Source: the human T2T-CHM13v2.0 reference genome, Homo sapiens. From it: 64,000 bases of DNA. The notes beneath the pieces are model-generated. The model did not search any database. It worked only from the letters and a program-made list of their open reading frames with translations, and was not told where the DNA came from. Of the stretch, positions 15,840-32,407 are shown piece by piece. How positions within the stretch are numbered: the stretch's first letter is position 1; each line of letters begins with the position of its first letter. The translations under genes were made by a program, and so were the position numbers. Where the stretch lies: assembly GCF_009914755.1 (NCBI RefSeq), contig NC_060926.1; one strand, given 5' to 3'.

Positions 15840-18020
15840 CAGCTACCAACAGATCCTGATAACCAGCTTACAGACTCCATCAAAAGGCCTATTGTAAAAC
15901 TTGAAGACTCACCTAACAAGTCAATGCATTCTCCTAGGACCTCTCATACCATCATCCCCACAGCCAACAGCCCATGCTTACCCATGCATGGTATCCCACA
16001 CAGTACATGTGAGCCTCCACAGACAGCATGCATATCTCAACAGCAGATGCAGAGCTCAGTAGCTGGCTTGGCTGTTGGATTAGGTGACGATGCTCAACCT
16101 CAAACACATCAGGACCATAGAAAAAATAAAAGGAGTTTCTCGGCACCAGGCTTGTCTTTTCAGAATTGAGAGAAGGCACAAAATCTTAAGAATTACCCCT
16201 AAGAGGGAACAAGAGGAATGGAGCAGGTGCATCCATAGAAAAAATCTGAGAGATCCCCAGAATCCCTAGCCAGGTTTACTGGTGAAGGTCTTTCTCTCCT
16301 GAAGCTAATCAGAAAAGATGGGAGGAAGTGACTTCTTTAAATGTGAAGACAACAATGTACGATTTCAAGGAACAAGAAGAATAATGGAATTAAGACACCA
16401 CCAAGGAACAAAATAAAGCTGCTGTGGCTGAAATTAAAGAAATGGAAGTTTATGAACTGATTGACAAAGAGTTCAAAACAATTATCTTAAAGAATTTCAT
16501 TGAGCTAGAACACAGATAGAAAACTAAACAAAACCAGGAAAAGAACAAAATGAAAAGTTCAACAGAAATAGAAACTATTTAAAAACACAAAGAAACTATG
16601 GAGCTGACTAACATAATGTCTAAACTGAAAAATTCAATAGAGATCTTCAACAGCAGACTCAAAGCAAAATGAAAAATCACAGAACTCTAAAATAGAGTAT
16701 ATTAAATTACGCAATCAGAGGAACAAAAAGAAATAAGAATTAAAAACAGAAAATAAAGCCTACCTGATTTATGGGACAGCATCTAGTGAACCAAAATAAG
16801 TATTGTGGAAGTTCAAGAAGGAGTAAAGAAAAAAAGACAGGGGCAACAGAAAACTTACTTTAAAAAATAATGACAGAAAATTTACTAAATCTGGAAAGGA
16901 AAACAAACATCCAGATTCATAAAGCCGAAAGAACCTCAAATAGGTTAAACACAAAGAAGCCTTCATTGAGATACATTATGATAAAATTGTCAAGGTCAAG
17001 GACAGAGAAAATTTTGAAAGCAGCAAGAGAAAAGCAACTCATAACATACAAGGTAACTGCAATGAGACTGTTGGTGTATTTCTCAGTTGAAACCTTATAG
17101 GATGCGAGACAGTGTGACACTAAAGTCAAAGTACTATACTAAAAGAAAAAATGCCAATTAAGAATACTATACCTGGCAAAGCTGTGCCTCAGAAATGAAG
17201 GAGAGATGAAGACTTTCTTGGGCACACAAAAGCTGAGGAAGATTATCACCACTAGGCCTATCATACAAGAAATTCTAAAAGGAGTTCTCTAACTTGAAAT
17301 TAAAGGATTCTTTTTTTTTCTTTTTTATTTTTTTGAGATGGAATCTTGCTCTGTTGTCCAGGCTGGAGTGGTGCAGTGGTGCAATCTGGCTCGCTGCAAC
17401 CTCCATCTCCTGGGTCCAAGCAATTCTCCTGCCTCAGCCTCCTGAGTAGCTGGGATTACAGGCGTGCACCATCATTCCCAGCTAATTTTTGTATTTTTAG
17501 TAGATATGGGGTTTCACCATGTTGGTCAGGCTGGTCTTGAACTCCTGACCTCGTGATCCACCCACCTCAGCCTCGCAAAGTGCTGGGATTACAGGCTTGA
17601 GCCACCATGCCCAACGGAAATGAAAGGATTCTAACTAACATCATGAAAACATACGAAAGTATAAAACTCACTGGTAAAGGTATGTATGTTATCTAATTCA
17701 GAATAATCTAATACTTTAATGGTGGTTCATAAATCACTTTTAACTCTAGTATAAAAGTTAAAAAACAAAATATTGAAAATACACCTACAATAATGTGTTA
17801 ATGGAACACGTTATAAAATAAGGTAAATTGTAAGATCAATAACAAAATATGCATAGGGAGAAGCAAAGTGCTGAGTTTTTGTATGTGATTGAAGTTAAGT
17901 TGCTAGCAGCTTAAAATAGACAGCTATAAGACTTTTAATGTAAGATTCATGATAATCTCAAAGAAACCTGTGACAGATACACAAAAGATAAAAAGAAAGG
18001 AATAAAAACATACCACTACA
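15840..18020 (+). mobile_element. L1MB-type 5'UTR, ORF1 and inter-ORF (5' part)
   Basis: ORF 16870-17100 (...IMIKLSRSRTEKILKAAREKQLITYK) is ORF1p-like; L1M inter-ORF follows. Confidence 0.8.
17311..17616 (-). mobile_element. AluS (Sg-like)
   Basis: gaactcctgacctcgtgatcc diagnostic; TSD gaaat(t/g)aaaggattc at 17296-17310 and 17617-17631. Confidence 0.92.
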
Positions 18021-19601
18021 TCCTTGGGGCACAAGCATAAGAAAGGAATAAAACAAACAAACAAAAAACCTCTTTTCCAAGGTGGCAGATTGGAGGCAGT
18101 GTTAGCATGCCTCTCTCACTTGGAAAGACAAAATAGTAAGTAGAGATTCATACTGTGAACTTTTTTCCAAGAAGAAATGTAGGAACTCAACAGGAAATGA
18201 AAAGAAACCACAGATGCTTTGAAAGAAACAGCGGGTTATAGATTACACTGTGAACCAGGCAAAAAACTGTAAGTCCACAGAGTGTGAGAGGGCAAGAGAC
18301 TGCCTCCAGCATATACACCACTACCATGGTACCTGGCAATCCCACTCACAGGGGAAGACATTAACCCTACCCAGCACTGCAACTAATGTAGGGAATGGTG
18401 GGGAATATAAAAGTGGGAGCAGCAATGGGAAGAGCCTTGTATGCATTCCCAGTCTTCAGCACAGACCAAGGGAAGACATTCCTGATTCTAGATCACAGGT
18501 GACCTCATGAAAGCCTGCCAATTAAATCAGGCAGTGGCTGCAGGCTGAAAGAAGCTCCCAACTGAATTTCACAATATAATATTAAATGGGGATGAACTCC
18601 CTTGGCCAAAGCCAGGAGTTGAGTGAGAAGTGTGTTACAGCCATGGGCAGAAGAGCTGGGCACCTTAGATTTGTGAGTGGACAGGAAGAGGCGTGGCCTG
18701 AAAGCCTGGGTTCCTCTCTCCCTGGGGAAGGCTTGTGGCCTGGGACAGTTTTGAGTTCTGAGTGTAGACTGCCTGGAATTTAGCTCACTGTTGCTAGCAA
18801 ACACTGTAGGTGAGAGGCCTGCCTTGCCAAGTGTGTGAGAGCTGGGTGAGGCTTACTGCCACTTGCTACTCCCCACTCCCTGGGCAAACTCTTCTGTGCA
18901 GCAGAGGCAGCTATGCTCCTTCCTGGAACATTACCCCAGGGGCCAGAGAATTGCCCTCCTACTCCAACAAGGGTCTCTGCTTGCCCTGCACATGGAGAGC
19001 CAGAATGCAGACCTGCCTGACCCAGCCCCCACCTGGCTTTTCCCCTCCACCTGCCCTGGTAGTTTAATGCAAAGGAGAGAAACTTTTTAGAGCCCTATGA
19101 CCCCACCCATTGCCTGAGAAACCAGAGGACCTCCCCAGGGTAACATAAGGCAAGCAAAAATCCCACTGCTACTACCGCAGCTGGCTGTCTTTTGTAAGCA
19201 CCACTTCCTGGCTGGAGGCCAAATGACATAATCCATTACAGCATCTACAGGTGGAATAACACTGCACCGAGGAATGAGAAAACTTGTACATGACCTCAGC
19301 TATCACCACTGCCTGCACCACCCTGGCTAACCAGGAGGTCCTGAGTCTGTACACCTGACCAGTGCATTACCACTGCAATTGGCATTTAAGAAAGCCAATG
19401 CACTGAGACTATTTATAATCAGGGAATCTCATAGAATCTACATCACTCCTCTGTCACCCCCATCAGAGGGATTGCTGATACCTGCTGCTGGGAGACTTGA
19501 GGACAGGTACATCTCTGGATCACTTACAGATATTCCCTAGCACCAGCCTGAAATGTGGCAGACTTACTAGGTTGCTAGACCCCAAGGAGCAGCAGCATTC
19601 A

Positions 19602-20099
<498 letters not shown>

Positions 20100-21639
20100 C
20101 TATCCTACAAAGTTTCTCTATAACCAAGGAACTTGTACAGAATCTTCACCCCTGAAAGTACGAAGAGCTGAATTAGGCTACGATAAACTATATACATTAA
20201 AGTCACATCACTAAGGGGGAAAAAAGAAGTTTAAAAAAACCACAGTCAAATAAAGAATAAATTCAAGAATAATTAGAAGGAATAGTCTACCCTAATGAGA
20301 AAGAAGCAGAAAAATAATTCTAGTAATATGACAAAACAAGGTTCTGTAACACCACCAAAAAAGATCACATCTCTAGCAATAAATCTAAACCAAGATGAAA
20401 TCTTTGAAATACCAGGTAAAGAATTCAAAAGGTTGATCGTTAAGCTACTTGAGGAGATACCAGAGAATGATGAAAACCAAAATAAAGAAATCTGAAAAAC
20501 AATTCAGGATATGAATGAAAAATTTTCTAAAGAGATAGATTGGTTTTAAATGCAAACCAATCAGAAATTCTAGAAATGAAAGTCACATTTAGAGAATTAC
20601 AAAATGCAGTGGGAAGTTTTAACAATAGACTAGAAGAAACAGAAGAAAGAATTTCAGAGATCACAGACAAAATTGAAATAACCCCATCAGTCAAGATAAA
20701 GAAAAAAGAATCAAAATAAATAGTCTCCAAGAAATATGGGATCATGTAAAACAGCCAAACCTAAGAATAACTGGTGCTCCTGAGGGAGAAGAAAAAGTAA
20801 GAATTTTGGAAAACTTACTTGATGGAATAATTGAGGAAAACTTTCCCGTCCTTGCTAGATAATTAGATATTCAAATACAAGAAGTTCAAAGAACTGGACA
20901 GTTTATCACAAAAAGGACTTCACCTAAGCACACAGTCATCAGGTTTTCTAAAGTCAATGTGAATACAAGAATTCTGAGAGCAGTGAGACAAAAGAACCAG
21001 GTAACGACTAATAGCAGATTTCTCACCAGAAACCTTAGTAGCCAGAAGGGATTGGATTCCTATCTTTGGCCCCCTTAAACAGAATACCTGTCAGCCAAGA
21101 ATTTCATATCCAGTAAAACTAAATTTTATAAATCAAAGAGAAATAAAGTCACTTTTAGATAAACAAATGCTGAGAGAATTTATTACTACCAGACCAGCAA
21201 TATAAGAAATGCTGTAAGGAGTTCTATATTCTGAAACAAAATGTCAATACACACCAGAATAGAACCTCTTGAACCTGTAAAACTCACAGGGCCTATAAAA
21301 CAATAACACAATGTAAAAAACAAAGTATCTAGGTAACCATTTAACATGATGACTGAAATAGTACCTCACGTGTCAATGTTAACATTGAATGTAAATGACC
21401 TAAATGCTCCTCTTAAAATATATAGATTTGCAGAATGGATTTAAAAATCACAAAACAAGAGACTCATCTAAGACACAAAAATTTATATATACTCAAGGTA
21501 AAGAGGTGGAAGAAGATATTCCATACCAATAAAAACCAAAAGTGAGAAAGAGTATCTATTCTTATGTCAGATAAAATGGACTTTAAAGCAAAAACATTTA
21601 AAAAGACAAAGAAGACGATTATATAATTATAAACGAATC

Positions 21640-21934
21640 AGCCAGGACGGTGGCTTATACCTGTAATGCCAGCACTTTGGGAGCCTGAGGCAGGCGGTTC
21701 ATGAGGTCAGGAGTTCAAGACCAGCCTGAACAAGATGGTTAAACTCTGTCTCTACTAAAACTACAAACATTAGCCAGGCGTGATTGTGTGTGCCTGTAAT
21801 CCCAGCTACTCAGGAGGCTGAGGCAGGAGAATTGCTTAAACCCAGGAGGCGGAGGTTGCAGAGAGCCAAGCACCACTGCACTCCAGCCTGGGTGACGGAG
21901 CGAGACTCCATCTCAAAAAAAAAAAAATAAAAAA
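21640..21934 (+). mobile_element. AluS (Sg-like)
   Basis: Dimeric Alu with poly(A); flanked by ...gaatca repeats. Confidence 0.9.
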
Positions 21935-23298
21935 GAATCAATCCAACAAGAAGCTATTATATTACTATCCTCAATTTATATGCACCTAACACTTAAGTTC
22001 CCAGATTCATAAAACATTTACTACTAGATCTAAGAAAAGAGATACCCACACGATAATAATTAGGGACTTTAACACTCCACTGACAGCACTAGGCAGATCA
22101 CCAAATAAGAAAGTCAACAAAGAAACAATGGACTTAAACTATACTCTAGAACAAATGGACCTAATAGATATTTACAGAATATTCTACTCAAGATCTTCAA
22201 AAGGTACATTTTTTTACCTGAGCACATAGAACATTCTCAAAAATAGACCTTATGATAGGCCACAAAACAAGTTTCAATACATTTAAGTACATCAAAGTCA
22301 TATCAAGTATCTTCCCAGACCAAAGAGGAATAAAACTGGAAATCAACTCCAAAAGGAACCCTTAAAACTACAAATATATGGAAATTATAAAATCTGCTCC
22401 TGAGTAATATTTGAGTTAACAACGAAAACAGATGGAAATTTATAAATTCCTTGAAATGAATAATAGTGACACAAGTTATCAAAACCTCTGGGATACAGCA
22501 AAAGCAGTTCCAAGAAGAATGTTTATACCATTAAATGCCTACATCAAAAACTCTAAAGGATCACATATTGACAACCTAATGTCACACCTCAAAGAACCCA
22601 AGAAACAAGAACAAACTAAACCCAAAGCTAGCAGAGGAAAAGAAATAACAAGGATCAAAGAAAAACTAAATGAAATTGAAATAAAAAAATACAAAAGATC
22701 AATGAAATAAAAAGCTAGTTGTTTGAAAAGATAAAATTGATAGATCTTTAGCTAGTTTAACCAAGAAAAAAAGAGAGAAGACTCAAATAAACTCAGATAT
22801 GAAAGTGGAGACATTACAACAGACACCACAGAAATACAAAAGATCATTTAAGACTACTGTCAACACCTCTATGCATACAAACTGGAAAATCTAGAGGAAA
22901 CAGATAAACATCTGGAAACATACAATCCTTCTAGATTAACTTAGAAAGAAATAGAGACCCTGAACCAACCAATAACAAGCAGCAAGATGAAATCAGTAAT
23001 GAAAAAAAATTGCCAACAAAAAAAGCCCAGGGCCAGATAGATTCACAGCTGAATTCTACTATACATTCAAAGAAGAATTGGTGCGAATCCTTCTGAAACT
23101 ATTCCAATAGATTGAGAAAGAGAGAATCTTCCCTAACTCATTCTATGAAGCCAGTATCACCCTGATACCAAAACCAGGGAAGGACATAACAACAAAGAAG
23201 AAAATTACAGACCAATACCCCTGAAAAACATAGATACAGAAACTATGCATACAAAATACATGCTAACTGAATCTAACAACACATCAAAAAGATAGTAC

Positions 23299-23480
23299 AA
23301 AAAATACAAAAATTAACCAGGTGCAGTGACGTGATCCTGTAACCCCAGATACTCAGGAGGCTGACACAGGAGAATTGCTTCAGCCCAGGAGACAGAGATT
23401 GCAGTGAACTGAGATTATGCCATTGCACTTCAGCCCGAGAGACAGAATGAGACCCTGTCTCAAGATAAAATAAAATAAAA
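23299..23480 (+). mobile_element. 5'-truncated Alu (linker plus right arm)
   Basis: Starts at the A-rich linker; TSD aaaaag(a/g)tagtaca at 23286-23299 and 23478-23491. Confidence 0.88.
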
Positions 23481-25890
23481 AAGGTAGTACACTATGATCA
23501 AATGAGTTTCATTTCAGGAATATGAGGATGGTTTAACAACACAAGTCAATAAATACGATACATCACATAAGCAAAATTCATAATAAAACCCACATGATCA
23601 TTTCAATAGATGCAGAAAAAGCATTTGATAAAACTCAGCATCCTTTTATGATAAAAACACTAAGCAAACTAGGCATAGAAGGGACTTAACTGAAAATAAT
23701 AAAAGCTGTGTATAACAAACACACAGCCCATATCATATGGAGTGGGGAAAAGATTAAAGCCCTCCCCCTGAGAACTGGAACAAGATAAGGATGCTCAACT
23801 TTGCTACTTCTATTCAACATAGTACTGGAAGTCTTAGCCAGAGCAATCAGGCAAGAGAAAAAAATAAAAAGCATCCGAATTGAAAAAGTAGAAGTTAAAC
23901 TATTGCTGTTTGCTGATGATAGGATTATATATCTAGAAAACGATAAGATTCCTCCAAAAGACTCCGAGATTGATAAATGAATTCAGTAAAGTGTCAGGTA
24001 AAAAATTCATGTACATAAATCAGTAGCATTGCTATATACCAACAACCACCAAGGTGAGAATCAAATTAAGAACCCAATTCATTTTATAACAGCTGCTAAA
24101 CAAATAAAACACTTAGGAATAAACTGAACCAAAGAGGTGAAAGATCTCTACAAGGAGAACTAGAAAACAACTGCTGAAAGAAATCACAGATGACACAAAC
24201 AAATGGAAACACATCTCATGCTCATGGATTAGAAGAATCAATATTGTGATACTGCCCAAAGCAATCTACAGATTCAATGTGATTCCTATTAAAATACCAA
24301 TACCATTTTTCACAGAATTAAAAAAAATACTAAAATGCATATGGAACCAAAAAAGAGCCTAAATAGCCAAAGCAATCCTAAGCAGAAAGAACAAATTTGG
24401 AGGCATTACATTACCAGATGTCAAATTATACTACAAGGATATAGTTACCAAAACAGCATGGTACTGATATAAAAAGGAGATGCATCGACTAGAACAGAAT
24501 AGAGAACTCAGGTATAAAGCCAAATAATTACAACCAACTGATCTTTGACAAAGCATATAAAAACATAAATTGGGGAAATGATACCCTATTAAATAAACGG
24601 TTTTGGGAAAACTGGCTAGCCACAAGTAGAAAAACGAAACTGGATCCTGTCTCTCACCTTGTAAAAAAATCAACTCAAGAGGGATCAAATACTTAAATCT
24701 AATAGACAAAAACATAAAATTTCTAGGAGATGACCTAGAAAAAACTCTCTGGACATTGGCTTAGGCAAAGAATTCATGACTAAGACCTCTAAAGCAAATG
24801 CAACAAAAATTTAAAAAATAATAAATGAGACCTAATTAAAAAGCGTCTGAACAGCAAGAGAAATAATCATCAAACATACAACTCACAGAATGGGAGAAAA
24901 TATTTGCAAACTATGCATCTGACAAAGGATAATATAGAGAAACTACAAAGAACTCAAACAAATCAACTAAGAAAAAAACAATCTCATCAAAAAGTGAGAA
25001 AATGACATGAATAGACATTTCTCAAAAAAATATATATACAGATGGCCAATGAACATATGAAAAGATGCTCAATATCACTTATCATCAGGGAAATGCAAAT
25101 TAAGACCACAATAAGATATCATCTTACTCATGCAAAAATAGCCATTATTAAAAAGTCCAAAAACTGTAGATATTGTCATGGATGTGATGAAAAAGGAATG
25201 CTTATACATGCTGGTGGAATTGTAAATTAGTACAGTCTCCATGGAAAACAGTATGGAGATTTCTTAAAGAACTAAAAGTGGATCTACCATTTGATCCAGG
25301 AATTCCACTACTGGGTATCTACCCAAGAAAAGAAGTCATTATGTCAAAAAGACATCTGCACATATATGTTTATTGCAATTCACAATTGCAAAGGTATGGA
25401 ACCAACCTGAGTGCCTATCAACCAATGAGTGGATAAAGACATGTGGATTTTATGATAGTGATGGCTTCACCATAGAATACTACTCAGCTATAAAAATGAA
25501 TAAAATAATGTCTTTTGCAGCAAATTTGAATGGAGCTGGAGGCAACTATTCTAACTGAGATAACTCACTTAGAATAATGGAAATTTTTTTACGGAAATTA
25601 TCTCACTTAGGAATGGAAAATCAAACACTACACGTTCTCACTTATAAGTAGCAGCTAAGCTATGCATACACAAAGGTATATAGAGTGATATAATGGACTA
25701 TGGAGACTTGCAAGGGGAAGGGTAGGAGCGGGCAAGGGATAAAAAAACTACATACTGGGTACAATGTACACTACTCGAGTGATGGGTGGCCTAATCTCAT
25801 TCACCTCTATACAATTCATCCATGTAACCAAAACCACTTGTATCCCCAAAACTACTGAAAAGCAAATATATATATTTTCAAAAATGAAAA

Positions 25891-27350
25891 AACTACAAAA
25901 ATTATCTAATCACAAAGACAGTATAAGAGAAAGGAACAAAAGTAAGATAAAACATGAAACAACTAACAAAATGGAAGTATTATTATACTTCCACACTTAT
26001 CAATAATTAATTTAAATGTAAATGAATTAGAGCTAGGCACAGTGGCTCACATCTGTAATTCCAGCTACTTGGGTGGTTGAAGTGGGAGGATCCTTTGAGG
26101 CCAGCCTAGGCAACATAGTGAGACTTCATCTCTAAAAATATTTAGCCAGACGTAGTGGCACATGCCTGCAGACCCACTTACTCAGGAGGCTGTAGGTGAA
26201 ACGATCACTTGAGCCTAGCAGTTCAAGGCTACTGTAAGCTATGATTGTGCCACTGCACTCCAGCCTGGGTGACAGGGTGAGACTCTGTCTGTAAATAAAT
26301 AAATAAATACATAAATAAAGTAAATGAATTTATTCTCAAATCAAAGGCATAGAGTGATTGAATGACAAAAAAGTAATATACAACATATTCTGCCTACAAG
26401 AAACTCACTTTAGCTTTAAGAACACAGATTGACTGAAAGTGAAGGGATGGAAAAAGGCATTCAATGCAAATGGTAACCAAAAAAGAGCAAAGGTGGCTAT
26501 ACTTACATAAAATAGACTAAGTCAAAAACTGTCACAAGAGACAAAGAAGGTCGCTATATAATGATAAAAAATTAATGAAAATAACACAATTATAAATATA
26601 CATACACCCAACTTTGCAGAACCTAAATATAGTAAATATTAATAGAACTGAAGATATACACAGATGACAATACAATAATAATAGAAAACTTCAATACCCC
26701 ACTTTTGACAATTAGATAGCCAAGATATGGAAACAATATAAATGTCCATCTATGCATGAATGGATACAGAAAATGTGTCATATGCATACAATGGAATACC
26801 ATTTAGCCTTTTTAAAAAAAGGAAATGCTGCCCTTTATTCACATGGGTGAATCTGGAGGGCATTCTGTTAAATAAGTCAGACAAAGAAAGACAAATACTG
26901 TATGCCCTCACTTATACGTGGAATATAAAATAGCCAAAGTTATAGAAGCAGACAGTGGAATGGTGTTTTCCAGGGACTTGGAGGTTGGGAAAATGGAGGT
27001 GATGGTTAAAGGGTACAAAATTTCAGTTATGCAGGATAAGTTCTGGAGATCTACTAGACAGCATAGCGCATCTAGCTAACAAAACTGTATTGTACACTTA
27101 AAATTTTCAAAGAGCAGAGGTCTTCTGCTAAATGCTCTTACCATTTCCTTCCAGAAAAAACAGTAATAATAATAGAGGGCATGGGAGGAAACTTTGGGAA
27201 ATGATGGCTATGTTTATGGATTTTATGATAGTGATGGCTTTACAGATATATATTTATCCCCAAACTTACTGAGGTATACATGTTAAGTATGTACAGATTT
27301 TATATGTCAGTCATATCTCATTAAAGTGATTTTAAAAATAAAATAAAATA
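25891..27350 (+). mobile_element. L1MB1/2-like 3' part: endonuclease region joined to 3' end (large internal ORF2 deletion near 26710)
   Basis: EN motifs (tgcctacaagaaactcac, aacttcaatacccc) then a jump to atagccaagatatgg and an L1MB 3'UTR with A-rich tail. Confidence 0.75.
26030..26319 (+). mobile_element. AluJo
   Basis: J-type gttcaaggctactgtaagctatga; (TAAA)n tail; TSD gtaaatgaatt. Confidence 0.9.
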
Positions 27351-29189
<1,839 letters not shown>

Positions 29190-29410
29190 CTCCTATGGCA
29201 TTTGCGTTTAAGCTTTTATATTGATATACAATTTCATTCTTTTTGGATAATTATCTAAGGATAGAATGGCTGGTTCACATGGTAAATTATATGTTTAACT
29301 TTTAGAGACATTGACAAACTGCTTCCTAAAATGGCTATACCATTTTAGAGTCCAGTTAGCAGTGTTGAGAATTCCAGTTCCTCCAATTCAGAGGAACTGG
29401 AATCCTCCAA
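29190..29410 (-). mobile_element. L1M 3'-ORF2 fragment in opposite orientation (continues at 32335-32407)
   Basis: Antisense gaatggctggttcacatggtaa...cagtgttgagaattccagtt. Confidence 0.65.
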
Positions 29411-29481
29411 TTTTTTATTTTTTAATTTCCATAGGTTATTGGGGAACAGAACAGGTAGTGTTTCACTACATGAATAAGTTC

Positions 29482-29777
29482 TTTTTTTTTTTTTTGAGAC
29501 AGAGTCTCACTCTGTCACCCAGGCTGGAGTACAGTGGCGTGATCTCGGCTCACTGCAACCTCCGCCTCCTGGGTTCAAGTGATTCTCCCTGCCTCAGCCT
29601 CCTGAGTAGCTGGGGTTACAGGCGCCGGCCACCACGCTCAGCTAATTTTTTGTATACTTAGTAGAGACGGGGTTTCACCGTGTTAGCCAGGATAGTCTCA
29701 ATCTCCTGATCTCGTGATCCGCCCCCCTTAGCTTCCCAAAGTGCTGGGATTACAGGCATGAGCCACCGCGCCCAGCC
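29482..29777 (-). mobile_element. AluSc-like
   Basis: gggttcaagtgattc with tgttagccaggat...ctcgtgatcc; TSD ctacatgaataagttcttt. Confidence 0.9.
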
Positions 29778-29788
29778 TACATGAATAA

Positions 29789-30100
<312 letters not shown>

Positions 30101-31194
30101 CTACATGAATAAGTTCTTTAGTGGTGATTTGTGAGATTTTGGTGCACCCATCCCCCAAGCAGTATACGTGGCACCCTATTTGTTTATCACTCACACCCTT
30201 CCCACCCTTTCCCCTGAGTTACCAAAGTTCATAGTGTCATTCTCAATGCCTTTGTATCCTCATAGCTTAGCTCCCACTTATGACTGAGAATATACAATGT
30301 TTGGTTTTCCATTCCTGAGTTACTTCACTTAGAATAATAGTCTTCAATCTCATCCAGGTCGCTGCAAATGCTGTTAATTCATTCCTTTTTATGCCTGGGT
30401 AGTATTCCATCGTATATGTATACCACAGTTTTTATCCACTCCTTGATTGATGGGCATTTGGGTTGGTTCCACATTTTTGCAATTACAAATTGTGCTGCTA
30501 TAAACATGTGTGTGCAAGTATTTTTTTCGTGTAATGACTTCTTTTCCTCTGGGTAGATACCAAGTAGTGGGATTGCTGCATCAAATGGTAGTTCTACTTT
30601 TAGTTCTTTAAGGAATCTCCACACTGTTTTCCAAAGTTGTTCTACTAGTTTTTATTCCCACCAGCAGTGTATAAGTGTTCTCTGTTCACTGCATCTATAC
30701 CAACATCTATTATTTTTTGATTTTTTGATTATGGCCATTCTAGCAGGAGTAAGGTGGTATCGAATTGTGGTTTTGATTTACATTTCCCTGATCATTAGCG
30801 ATGTGGAGCATTTTTTCTTATGTTTGTTGGCCATTTGTATATTTTCTTTTGAGAATTGTACTACTTTTTGATGGGATTGTTTGTTCTTTTCTTGTTGGTG
30901 TTTGAGGTCATTGTAGATTCTGGATATTAGTCCTTTGTCAGGTGTGTAGATTGTGAAGATTTTTTCCTATTCTGTGGGTTGTCTGTTTACTCTCCTGACT
31001 GTTCCTTTTGCCATGCAAAAGCTTTTTAGTTTAATTAAGTACCAGCTATTTATCTTTGTTTTTACTGCATTTGCTTTTGGGTTCTTGGTCATGAACTCCT
31101 TGCCTAAGCCAATGTCTAGAAGGGTTTCTCCAATGTTATCTTCTAGAATTTTCATAGTTTTAGGTCTTAGATTTAAGTACTTAATCAATCTTGA

Positions 31195-31349
<155 letters not shown>

Positions 31350-32407
31350 TGAGTTGATTTTTGTATAATGTGACAGATGAGACTCCAGTTTCATCCTCCT
31401 ATATGTGGCCACCCAATTATCCCAGCACCATTTGTTGAAAAGGGTGTCCTTTCCGCCACTTTATGTTTTTGTTTGCTTTGTCAAAGTTCAGTTAGATATA
31501 AGTATTTGGGTTTATTTTTGGGTTCTCTATTCTGTTCCAATGGTCTATGTGCCTATTTTTATACCAGTACCATGCTTTTTTGGTGACTATGGACTTATAG
31601 TATAGTTTGAAATCAGGTAATGTGATACCTCCAGATTTGTTCTTTTTGCTTAGTCTTGTTTTGCCTATGCAGGCTCTTTTTTTGGTTCCATATGAATTTT
31701 AGAACTGTTTTTTTCTAATTCCGTGAAGAATGATGGTGGTATTTTGATGGGGATTGTGTTGAATTTGTAGATTGCTTTTAGGAATATGGTCATTTTCACA
31801 ATATTGATTCTACCCATTCATGAGCATGGGATGTGTTTCCATTTGTTTGTGTCATATATTTCTTTCAGCAGCATTTTGTAGTTTTCCTTGTAGAGGTCTT
31901 TCACCTGCTTGGTTAGGTGTATTCCTAAGTATTTTATCTTTTGCTGCTATTGTAAAAGGGGTTGAGTTATTGATTTGATTTTCCACTTGATTTCTGTTGA
32001 TGTATAAAAGAGCTACTGACTTGTGTACACTAATTTTCCATCCAGAAACTTTGCTTAATTCTTTTATCAGTTCTAGGAGCTTTCTGAAGGAGTCTTTAGG
32101 ATTTTCTAGGTAAATGATCATATCGTCAGCAAACAATGACAGTTTGACTTCCTCTTTACTGATTTGGATGCCCTTTATTTCTTTCTCTTGTTTGATTGCT
32201 CTGGCTAGAACTTCCAGTACGATGTTGAAGAGGAGTGGTGAGAGTAGGCATGTTGCTCCAGTTCTCAGAGGGAATGCTTTCAACTTTTCCCCATTCTGTA
32301 TTATACTGGTTATAGGTTTGTCATAGGTGAAGCTTCCTCTAATCTTTGGAATGGTGAGATGTTTTAACTGTAGTCATTCTTACAGGTGTGTAGTGGCATC
32401 TCATTGT

